Notes under the pieces: model-generated
Seen by the model: only the letters and a program-made list of their open reading frames with translations
The model's database searches: none
What the model was told of the DNA's origin: nothing
Shown: positions 9,506 to 18,088 of the stretch, in pieces
How positions within the stretch are numbered: position 1 is the first letter of the stretch
How the letters are laid out: each line of letters begins with the position of its first letter
NCBI GenBank assembly: GCA_022072125.1
Contig: JAJVIH010000018.1
Location: 27,868 to 91,867, forward strand
DNA from: Myxococcota bacterium
GTDB lineage: Bacteria; Myxococcota; JAJVIH01
Length of the DNA: 64,000 bases
Direction: 5' to 3'
Translations under genes and position numbers: made by a program

Positions 9506-11725
9506 ATGGCTTCCGATACCGGACTCTATACGGTTCTTTGGGAATGCGCGGCGGATGGCTCATCATTCCGGCTGATCGCCGCCTCCGCGGTTTTGAAGCA
9601 ACTGCCCGGATTCCTGACCGCCGCCAAAACCATCGGCGAACTGCACGATGCGCTGCCCCCTCATGAGCGCGCCCTGGCGCTGGACGCCCTGGCGCAACTG
9701 CGCGGAGGCGCGGGGACGGTCTGCCTGCAAATTCACCCCGGAGAGGGCGGGGAGCGGCTCACCCTGGATGTTCAGGCGCGGTTGATGCGGAGTCCGGATG
9801 GCGCGGTGACGGGATATTCCGGTTGCGGCGTGATCCGGCCGGGCGGGGCGCGGGTCCATGAGCCGCCGGCCCGCACCGCCGCCGTGGTTCCCGCAACCGG
9901 AACCCCGTGGAGCAACGCCGATACCGCCGCCTGCGGCGATCTGATCGCACGCCTGCTGGGCGAACAGGGCGCCTATATCTGGTCCTATGATTTCGCCAGC
10001 GGCGTGCTGGATATCGCGCCACACAATTCCATCGTGGCGGGGTACTCCCTGAAAACCCAGGCCACGCAGGATCGCCAGTGGTGGTCGTCGAAAATCCACC
10101 CCGACGATCTGGAAGAGCACTACCGGCTGCTGAGTCATTACATCTACGAGCCGGGCGCCGTCTTCCAGCAGATATTCCGGATTTCCGGAGCGGATGGCGG
10201 GTGGCGGTGGATTCATTCACGCGGGCGGATCATCGAACGCGACGCGCAGGGCGAGCCGGTGCGCAGCGTGGGAATCGGATTGGAATGTCCCCCCACCGGC
10301 GCGTTCGCCAACCAGGGGGCGGGGATACGAAGCATGGTCGATCTCGCGCTCGACGGCGAGAACAACTACCTGTGGATTTCCGACATGAGGGGGGAAACCC
10401 TTTCCTTCGAGCCGCGGAACGCGCCCATCCTCGGATACTCGCCGGAAGAGCATCCCATCTGGCAGCAATGGTTCTGGAACGCGCGCATTCACCCGGAAGA
10501 CCTGATGCTCCTGCCCGGAATTTTCGCAAACGCGGAGGATGGCGAGTGGACGGAGTTTGGCCACCGCGTCATGGATATTCACGGGGTCTGGCGGATGATC
10601 ACGGTGCGCATCCGCGTGCTGGAGCGCGATGAACAGGGGGCGCCCGTCCGCGCCGTGGGAATCTGCCGGGACGACACCGCGCGCTGGCAGGCGGAGGAGG
10701 CGCTCAAAACCGCGGAGTCGGTGCAGCGGCTGGCGCTCAAGGCGAGCAACTATTTTGTCTGGGTTTACAATGTTCCCGCCGATGAGATGCGCATCGTCCC
10801 GGATGATCTGGGCGTGGGCGGCTACACCCCCCGGCTGGACGGGATGAGAACCTTTCACTGGTGGCTGGATCGCATTCATCCGGATGACTCCGGGCGGTTC
10901 GTCACCATATTCCAGGATGTCGTCTCGGGCCGTCTGCGGGAGTTCAAATACGAAGTGCGCCTGCGATCCAAAACCGGAGGATGGATCTGGCTCCAGGCCG
11001 CGGGCGAAGTGCTGGAGCGGGACAAACACGGCCTGCCCATCACCGTGATCGGCGGCGGCGGCGACATCACCGCCATCAAGCAGATGCAGATGCAACTCGC
11101 CGACAGCGAACTGCGCTACCGGAATATCCTTGAAAATGTCTCGGCGGGCGTGGTGGTGGTGGATTCGCATATGCGCATCGTGGAAGCCAATCCGTGGTTC
11201 ACCAAAACCGCTGGCTGGACCGTGCAGGAACTGCTGGGGCGCCGGGTGACCGATTTCATCGCCCCCGAGGAGCGCGGCGAAGCCATGGAGCGCATCCAGG
11301 TGCTTTTGCGGGGAGACCGGGGATTCCGCGGGGTGCGGCGCCGGCAAATCCGCAAGGACGGCTCCATCATCACCACGCGGGTGACCACCACCCCGCTGCG
11401 CCTGCCCAATGGAGAAAACGGCTACGTGGCGCTCATTGACGACCTGCCGGAAGAGAAAAACCAGGAACTGGAGGAGGAACTCGGGCGCATACGCAAGGCG
11501 CTGGAGGCCGTTGCGCGGGATCGGGATCGCCTTGGCAGGCTGATGCACGATTTCGCCAACCTGATGACCCCGGTGACGATGAACAGCGAACTGCTGGCCG
11601 GTCATTCCGTGGTGGCGCAATCGGAACTGAAGCCCATCGCCGATGACCTCGCGCGCGCGGCCGCCCGGGCCTGCGATTTGATTCAACAGTATCTCGGGGA
11701 AAAGGACCGGGAGACCGGCGCGTAA
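9506..11725 (+). CDS. Multi-PAS sensor protein with C-terminal HisKA domain, no HATPase domain
   Basis: Three 'IHP[DE]D' PAS_3/PAC repeats, a further PAS ('EANP...GW...ELLGR', 'RKDGS'), H-box 'HDFANL', stop right after the DHp helices. Confidence 0.8.
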   Translation: MASDTGLYTVLWECAADGSSFRLIAASAVLKQLPGFLTAAKTIGELHDALPPHERALALDALAQLRGGAGTVCLQIHPGEGGERLTLDVQARLMRSPDGAVTGYSGCGVIRPGGARVHEPPARTAAVVPATGTPWSNADTAACGDLIARLLGEQGAYIWSYDFASGVLDIAPHNSIVAGYSLKTQATQDRQWWSSKIHPDDLEEHYRLLSHYIYEPGAVFQQIFRISGADGGWRWIHSRGRIIERDAQGEPVRSVGIGLECPPTGAFANQGAGIRSMVDLALDGENNYLWISDMRGETLSFEPRNAPILGYSPEEHPIWQQWFWNARIHPEDLMLLPGIFANAEDGEWTEFGHRVMDIHGVWRMITVRIRVLERDEQGAPVRAVGICRDDTARWQAEEALKTAESVQRLALKASNYFVWVYNVPADEMRIVPDDLGVGGYTPRLDGMRTFHWWLDRIHPDDSGRFVTIFQDVVSGRLREFKYEVRLRSKTGGWIWLQAAGEVLERDKHGLPITVIGGGGDITAIKQMQMQLADSELRYRNILENVSAGVVVVDSHMRIVEANPWFTKTAGWTVQELLGRRVTDFIAPEERGEAMERIQVLLRGDRGFRGVRRRQIRKDGSIITTRVTTTPLRLPNGENGYVALIDDLPEEKNQELEEELGRIRKALEAVARDRDRLGRLMHDFANLMTPVTMNSELLAGHSVVAQSELKPIADDLARAAARACDLIQQYLGEKDRETGA

Positions 11726-11854
11726 CCCACCTTCATCCCAGGGGTTCGCCTGGTTCTTGCAAACCCGTCCCGGGCGCGGGAACGGCTTTTGCCCGCTTGA
11801 CCGTCACCTCCCTCCCGGCGCCCCGGCGTGGGGAGGGGGACAAGAACACGCCGC

Positions 11855-14800
11855 TTATTCCGGCACGGGGGGAGGCGGAACCGCCGGCGGCGGCGGCGGC
11901 GAACGCGGCGCCGCCGGGGGACGGATCACCAGCCCGCCGTCCACGAATCCCTGAAAGCCCCAGCGCGCCCAGTCAATCACCGAACGCGCCAGCCACAGCG
12001 CCCACAACAGCATGAGGGCGCGGTACAACCAGAGCGGGGCGCTGATCAGCACCGCCGAAGGCAATGCGCTGGCCATGCGATCCTGGTACCAGTTCAGGTG
12101 TGTGTCGTAGGAACCATTGCCCTGGATGTGCATGTCGGGAAATCCCAGCAAGCCCTCCTTGATGGCGAAGAGCAGCACGCCCGCCGCCGCGAAGGTGAGA
12201 CAGCCGATCAGAATCTGGACCAGCGGGTACGCGCCATCCGGAATGCGCGCGGCGAATTTCCGCTTGGCCCCCAGCACGAGAAACCAGCCCGCCAGCACCA
12301 GCGCGCCCGCCGACGCCGACTGGGAAAGCCCCACGCCAAGCAGAAACCAGTGGCGCGCCCGCATGGGAATCCACGGAATCCGCCCCAGCAGGAGGGAGAT
12401 GATCGCCAACACCAGCAGGAAGCTCCAGTACAGGATGGCTGGTCCCAACCGCGGACCGCTCAGCCACAACGGCCAGCGGTTGCGCGGCGTGGCGAAGCCG
12501 ATGCTGCCGTTCACGCTGGGGGTTTCCAGGGAAATGCGCGGGGTTTCGTAGCGGAACGAAATGGCGTTGGGGACTTCCAGCTTCGCCACCACCTCCTGTT
12601 GTCCTGGAGAAACCGGAATGGTCAGCTTCACGCCATCCTGATGCACCGGCAGCACCTTGCCGCTGACGCTCATGGAGAGCGCCCGGGCGCCTTCCGGCAA
12701 GGCGATGATGTGCTGGCCGCCCAGGCTCGCGCGCATGGACAACGTGAGGACCACTTCGGTGACCCGATCCCCCGGCGTGACATTCTGGTGGCTCTTGAGA
12801 ATGGTTAGCGTTTGTCCTGGCACGCCCTCCGGACGGGTGATGGCGAGTTTCACCTTTTCGCCGGGCCAGGGCTGCCACACATACTCGCCGCCCTGGTTGT
12901 TGATGGCCTCGGGAATGCCCTCGGCGCCCACATGCCACACGGGGCCCGCGGAAACGCGCCACACCTCGCTCCAGCCCACATCCCGCGGAGCGATCAGTTC
13001 CATGACTTCCTTGCGCTCCAGCACCGAGGTCCAGGTGACGCTCGACTGCTGCGGCGTCAGGTTGACCCGCACCTTGCGGTCCTGAATCTGCAGGTCCGCC
13101 GTGGTGACCGATTCGCCAGGCAACAGCGGAACCGCCAGCACGGCGGAGACGCTGGAATCGTTGAGGCGCTCCACCGTGGTCTCGACCTGCCATTGCAGGT
13201 CAAGGGATATCTCCCGGGTGACGCGCACGAATGGCGGCACGTCGCTGGACTCCATCGGCGCGGCGGAATCCATTTTCTTTTCCCGCACCCGCTGGAGCTG
13301 GAGTTCGCCATCGGGCCGCCCGTTTTCCCGGATGCCGGCGACGAGCCAGCCCTGCGCCTGCGCGGTGACGCGGGCGGGCGGCAACGGCAGGGGCAATTGC
13401 ACGGCGTCCTTGCCAGGCAGGCGGCCTTCCATCACTACGGCATGGCTGCCCTGGGGGAGCCACAGCAGCAAATGGCCCCGGCCATCGCGCATCATCGCCG
13501 GATTGTGCTCGCCGTTGATCGTCACGCTGTCGGGAGTCCAGTGTCCCGCGCCGCCGGGGAGGGCGATCGCCGCGCCCGCCGCCATGTGAACCCGCAGGTT
13601 CAGACGCAGGCTGTCCGCCTGGGCGTTGAGTTCCATGCTTTCGATGGAGGCGCAGTTGGGGCTGCAGGCCTCCGGCCGCAACAGGCGCTCGCGCAACTGG
13701 TCGAGGGTGGCGGAATCGGGCATCTGCGCGCGGGCGCCGCCGGCGGAGAAGGTGAAAACGATCAACATCGCCGCGGCGGCTGCGCTGACGGCGGGGGCCG
13801 GCGCTGGCGCGGAAGGTCCGGTTTTCCGCGTCAGGGAGCGGGCGAGCGCGATCAACAGTCCCAGCAACAGCGCCAGCCGCGCCCAGCTCAGCAGGGAATT
13901 GAGCCAGGGCGGCGCCAGCCACAACCGGAGCTGTTCGGTTTTCTCCACCGGGCCGTTCCATTGGATGGCGATGCTCTGCCAACTCCAGGCGGGAAGTCCG
14001 GGACCGGTCTGCACATTGGCGTTGGGGTCGTTCTGGTACATGCGGTTCTTCCGCTGCACGCCCTTGTACAGGTTGGAGGAGCGCTGCGGCGCGGCCTTGC
14101 CGCGCCCTCCCATATCGCTCAAATCAGAGCGGAACGAGTTGATGCCGGCGTCCTTGCCGTCAATCATGCCCTGCACCGCATCCTGGGCCGGAGATGGCGG
14201 AGGAGCGGCCGGCGCGGCGTTTTGCTGGAAGTTTTCTTCTTCCATGGGCGCGGCGGCTTTGTCCTGCATGGCCGCCATCCCCCCCAGCGGGACATGAAAA
14301 CTCCAGCCATCGCCATACCCACTGCTGGATCCCAGGGCTGGATACATGGCCTGCCGCCCCTGCCGCACCACGAATGGCAGCGCCAGGGCCAGCAACACCA
14401 GCCAGCAACCGGCGCGCGCCAGGTTGCCCGCCACGCGCAATCCGCCCGCGGGCAGATAGCGGGCCAGCGCCTCGGTGATGATCAGGGCGATCCAGATCCA
14501 TTGCGGAGCGCCTGGCTCCTGAAAGGTCAGCACCAGCACCGCCAGGGCGAGAGCGCCCCTGGCCTTGCCCCAGAGCCTGGTCATGGCGAGCGCGGCGACC
14601 AGCACCAGAAACAGATCGAGCAGGGTCCAGGAGCGCATCCAGGTGCGGGGAACATCATCGGCGCCGCTGATATGCAACGCCGACCACCCTGGCGGCAGGT
14701 GCAGGGTGGCGGACACGCGCTGGAAATCATGATCCCAGCCGGTGGAAGGGATGGCCGAAGTTTCGCCCTCGATGCGGCTTTCCGCCTGTACATTGAAGGA

Positions 14801-16042
14801 GGGATGGCGGATTTCCACCCCCATGCGTCCCTTCTGATCCCGGGTGATGACCTGATCCGCGCCGTTGACGTTGGCGCGTCCCAGCAGCAGGCCCGGCGCG
14901 CCGGAGAGCCGCCACTCGGTGTGCATGCTGCCGGAGATGGCGTCGCGCGCGGTGAAGCCGCCGCCCTCGAAATCCAGCCAGAGTTCGCGGGTCAGGTTGA
15001 ACTGGTTGGGCGCGGGATCGGAATTGCCCCGGCGCAATACGTCCAGGGTCATTTTTTCGCCGGGGGCCAGGCGGTAGGCGGGAAATCCGCGCCACTCCGC
15101 AGGCAGCCGGGTCTGGTTGGCGTCAACCGGCGCCGGACTGGTGATATTGACCACGCGATTTTCGGGAACGGTCTGAAAGGCCCAGATTTCTTCCGGGGCC
15201 CAGTCGCCCTGCCCGGGAGGAAAACTGATGGACCGGGTTTCCGCGCCGTAACGGGTGACGAGGGTGATCGTCCAGGTTCCCGGCCGCACCTGCAGGCGCA
15301 GGCGTCCGTCGGTTTCAATGCGCGCAGGCACGGGCGAGTTCAGGCTGACCGGCACATGAGACTTGTCCACCGGCGGCGCCAGCAATATCTCCCGCGCCTC
15401 GCCGGCGGCCCGCAGTTCGATGCGCGTGGTCACCTGCAGCGGATTGTCGTCAAGCACATGGCGGAAGACATCAATCTCCAGGGTGTTTTCCACCGCGACG
15501 GGGGTCTCCTCGCGGGAGAGCCACAGGAATCCCTCGGGATCGCGGTGTGGAAAGGGAGCGGGTCTGCCGTTGATCTCCAACGCCAGCAATCCCACTGACA
15601 GCGGCGCGAAGAGTTTTTCCGGGGCTCGCTCCCACGCAAAACGCCCGCTGATGACATAAGCGCCGGGCGGCAGCCAGATGACCGGAGTATCGCCGTTGTC
15701 CACCACCGCGCCCTGCGCGCCATTGACCTTCACGTCCAGCGGCCAGTGGTCGCGATCACCAGGCAGGCGCACCGGCGATCGTGCATAAACGGACACCGGA
15801 TATTCAAACACCGCTCCCTTGCCGGAGGTCTTGATCTCCAGCCGGGCCGGCCACACACATTCGCGGACAGCGGCGTCTTCCCCCGGCAATGACGGGCAAC
15901 GCATGGCCTCGTGGCCATCCAGCACCCAGGGAATCCAGCTTTTCAGCGGGTCCGGAACCTGTTCCCGCGGAAGCGGTCCCGCGGCGGCCGTGGCGGCCGA
16001 CAACATCAATACCGCCGCCGCGGCGAATGGTTTTACGGTCAT
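11855..16042 (-). CDS. Large uncharacterised membrane protein with internal two-fold repeat
   Basis: 1395-aa ORF, signal peptide, two Cys-pair/beta-rich modules each followed by TM helices. Confidence 0.75.
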   Translation of the reverse strand: MTVKPFAAAAVLMLSAATAAAGPLPREQVPDPLKSWIPWVLDGHEAMRCPSLPGEDAAVRECVWPARLEIKTSGKGAVFEYPVSVYARSPVRLPGDRDHWPLDVKVNGAQGAVVDNGDTPVIWLPPGAYVISGRFAWERAPEKLFAPLSVGLLALEINGRPAPFPHRDPEGFLWLSREETPVAVENTLEIDVFRHVLDDNPLQVTTRIELRAAGEAREILLAPPVDKSHVPVSLNSPVPARIETDGRLRLQVRPGTWTITLVTRYGAETRSISFPPGQGDWAPEEIWAFQTVPENRVVNITSPAPVDANQTRLPAEWRGFPAYRLAPGEKMTLDVLRRGNSDPAPNQFNLTRELWLDFEGGGFTARDAISGSMHTEWRLSGAPGLLLGRANVNGADQVITRDQKGRMGVEIRHPSFNVQAESRIEGETSAIPSTGWDHDFQRVSATLHLPPGWSALHISGADDVPRTWMRSWTLLDLFLVLVAALAMTRLWGKARGALALAVLVLTFQEPGAPQWIWIALIITEALARYLPAGGLRVAGNLARAGCWLVLLALALPFVVRQGRQAMYPALGSSSGYGDGWSFHVPLGGMAAMQDKAAAPMEEENFQQNAAPAAPPPSPAQDAVQGMIDGKDAGINSFRSDLSDMGGRGKAAPQRSSNLYKGVQRKNRMYQNDPNANVQTGPGLPAWSWQSIAIQWNGPVEKTEQLRLWLAPPWLNSLLSWARLALLLGLLIALARSLTRKTGPSAPAPAPAVSAAAAAMLIVFTFSAGGARAQMPDSATLDQLRERLLRPEACSPNCASIESMELNAQADSLRLNLRVHMAAGAAIALPGGAGHWTPDSVTINGEHNPAMMRDGRGHLLLWLPQGSHAVVMEGRLPGKDAVQLPLPLPPARVTAQAQGWLVAGIRENGRPDGELQLQRVREKKMDSAAPMESSDVPPFVRVTREISLDLQWQVETTVERLNDSSVSAVLAVPLLPGESVTTADLQIQDRKVRVNLTPQQSSVTWTSVLERKEVMELIAPRDVGWSEVWRVSAGPVWHVGAEGIPEAINNQGGEYVWQPWPGEKVKLAITRPEGVPGQTLTILKSHQNVTPGDRVTEVVLTLSMRASLGGQHIIALPEGARALSMSVSGKVLPVHQDGVKLTIPVSPGQQEVVAKLEVPNAISFRYETPRISLETPSVNGSIGFATPRNRWPLWLSGPRLGPAILYWSFLLVLAIISLLLGRIPWIPMRARHWFLLGVGLSQSASAGALVLAGWFLVLGAKRKFAARIPDGAYPLVQILIGCLTFAAAGVLLFAIKEGLLGFPDMHIQGNGSYDTHLNWYQDRMASALPSAVLISAPLWLYRALMLLWALWLARSVIDWARWGFQGFVDGGLVIRPPAAPRSPPPPPAVPPPPVPE

Positions 16043-16172
16043 GCGCGCGCCTTTCCAGAGAGATGTTCCTCAGCTTACCGGGAAGCTTGTCTCCTGCAAA
16101 GACGGACGGCGGCGCGAAAAGTTTTCCGGGGCGGTTGATCCGCTTCCGGCGGACTGCCATGCTGAACGGGAC

Positions 16173-16724
16173 ATGGTGTTTCTCCGTCCAGCCGCCGCTC
16201 TCGCGGCCCTGCTTTTGCTTTCCTGTTCATCCGGCGGGGAGACCGGCGCGCGCGACTTTTATTCCGGCATGCCCATTCTCGAAACCCTGGCGGTGCTCAA
16301 CGCCCGTACCGCCGGATTCATCGTGCGCAGCGGACTGGGGCTGACTGCTTCGTCGCCATCGCTGAAACAGGAAGAGTTTGAATGGATCCTCATCCATGTC
16401 CATGAAGAGCGGAACGATGATTCCGGCCTGGAGCGTTACTCGGATCGCCTGACCTTTCACGACGGCGTATTGACGGAATGGCAATGGCGGCGCGGCGCCG
16501 GATCCGATCGGGAGTTTGACCAGATCACCTCCTCCGGCAAGCGCGTGGAGAGGGACGCATTTGTCCTTGTTTACCTGGATGACCGCCGGATCGTGGGATG
16601 GCGCAACCGCGACAACGGGGAGATGTGGCTGCGCGACTATGATCTCATGATCCGCCTGGGCGTGGCCACGGACGAGGACTACCGCGCCTGGGTGGAACGG
16701 GAGATTCTGGCCCATGCGCGCTAG
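16173..16724 (+). CDS. Hypothetical lipoprotein
   Basis: ATG 16173 gives signal with lipobox 'LLLSC'; overlaps the next gene. Confidence 0.55.
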   Translation: MVFLRPAAALAALLLLSCSSGGETGARDFYSGMPILETLAVLNARTAGFIVRSGLGLTASSPSLKQEEFEWILIHVHEERNDDSGLERYSDRLTFHDGVLTEWQWRRGAGSDREFDQITSSGKRVERDAFVLVYLDDRRIVGWRNRDNGEMWLRDYDLMIRLGVATDEDYRAWVEREILAHAR

Positions 16725-17193
16725 GCGGATCCTTGGGTTTCTCCTGTTTCTGCCGTTGATATCCTGCGGCGGCGGCGTGGACGCGATGATGGATGGTTTC
16801 CCGCTGGGCGGCTCCCTGGCCAGTTGCCAGCGGCGTCTGCTGGAATGGCGCTACAACTTCACGCAGGCCAGCCGTGACGCCGGAGAAGGCGGCGAATCCA
16901 TGCGCTGGATCACGGCTGACGGAGGCCCGCGCGGCAAGCCCTCCCGCCTGGGCCTGGTCTTTGAAAACGGGCGCCTGGTGCTGGCGCAGGCGTTTTACCA
17001 CGACCCCGCGCCGGTGCTCGATCGGCTGAAAACGCTGGGAGAACCGGCGTCCGCCTCCAGGGGGGTGCGCCGGTGGAAACCCGGCGGCGATGTGGAAGTG
17101 GAATGGGATGAAGCGCGCGGCCGCCTGATCGTCCACAAATCCCACGTCAACTGGCGTCTGTGGGCCAATCCCTCTGGCGGAACCATGAACTAG
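16714..17193 (+). CDS. Hypothetical lipoprotein
   Basis: Basic N-terminus, hydrophobic core, lipobox 'LISC'; GGAG upstream. Confidence 0.55.
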   Translation: MRARRILGFLLFLPLISCGGGVDAMMDGFPLGGSLASCQRRLLEWRYNFTQASRDAGEGGESMRWITADGGPRGKPSRLGLVFENGRLVLAQAFYHDPAPVLDRLKTLGEPASASRGVRRWKPGGDVEVEWDEARGRLIVHKSHVNWRLWANPSGGTMN

Positions 17194-17308
17194 CCACGCC
17201 ATTTGCTCCCACATGCGGATATTCCGCCTGTCCGGGGCGCTGGAGCGGGGGCGTTGAAAATGACAGGAAGAACCCACGCGGATATATCCTTCGCCGGGGA
17301 ACAGACGG

Positions 17309-17884
17309 ATGAACAACGGAAAGACTGCGCCATCCATTCCTTCCGCCGCTGGCGGCGAAGGGCGCATCACCCTGCGGGACGCTGTCATGGACGATCTGCC
17401 CCTGCTGCGGCGGTGGGATGAACAACCGCACAACATCGAAGCCGATCCCAACGATGACTGGGGATGGGAAAACGAACTCGGCCGCAAACCTGACTGGCGG
17501 GAACAACTCATCGCCATGGCGGATGGCAGGCCGATCGGATTTATCCAGATCATCGATCCCGCACGTGAGGAAAGCCATTACTGGGGTGATTGTCCGCCCA
17601 ACCTGCGGGCGGTTGACATCTGGATTGGCGAGGCGAACGACCTGGGGCGCGGTTACGGAACACAGATGATGGCGCTGGCCCTCGAACGCTGTTTCGCTCC
17701 GCCTGAAGTGGAGGCCGTGATCATCGATCCGCTGGCCGGCAACACGCGGGCCATCCGTTTTTACCAGCGGTTGGGTTTCCAGTTCACGGAGTTCCGGGAC
17801 TTTGGCCGCGATCATTGCGCAGTCCACCGCCTCACCCGCGCAGCTTGGGAATCCCTGCGCGCCGCGCAAAACCGGAAGGAATGA
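17309..17884 (+). CDS. GNAT N-acetyltransferase (AAC(6')-like / Acetyltransf_8)
   Basis: 'DGRPIGFIQ', 'VDIWIGE...LGRGYGT', 'IDP...NTRAIRFYQRLGF'. Confidence 0.85.
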   Translation: MNNGKTAPSIPSAAGGEGRITLRDAVMDDLPLLRRWDEQPHNIEADPNDDWGWENELGRKPDWREQLIAMADGRPIGFIQIIDPAREESHYWGDCPPNLRAVDIWIGEANDLGRGYGTQMMALALERCFAPPEVEAVIIDPLAGNTRAIRFYQRLGFQFTEFRDFGRDHCAVHRLTRAAWESLRAAQNRKE

Positions 17885-18017
17885 TTTCCGCCCATCGAAT
17901 CCATCAGACGGGCGGAAGGGAGCCGGTAAAATCGTCAGGGGGAAGAGACTCGGCGGTAGCGGCCGCCGCTCCATTCACCCAACTCCCTGTTTCCGCTGGA
18001 TTGACGCAGAGCGTTAA

Positions 18018-18045
18018 TTGCGGTAGAGGGCCGCTCTGCTACACT
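18018..18045 (+). promoter_or_regulatory. Candidate sigma-70 promoter
   Basis: TTGCGG-N16-TACACT with extended -10 TG, upstream of RBS and ATG 18089. Confidence 0.35.
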
Positions 18046-18088
18046 GGAGCACTTGTATCTCCGGGGCAGGTTGCCGGGAGGGTTTTTC

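Noticed and set aside
16173-17950. Integron cassette array (short ORFs plus AAC-like gene)
   Set aside because: No attC-like RYYYAAC...GTTRRRY boundaries and no integron integrase found
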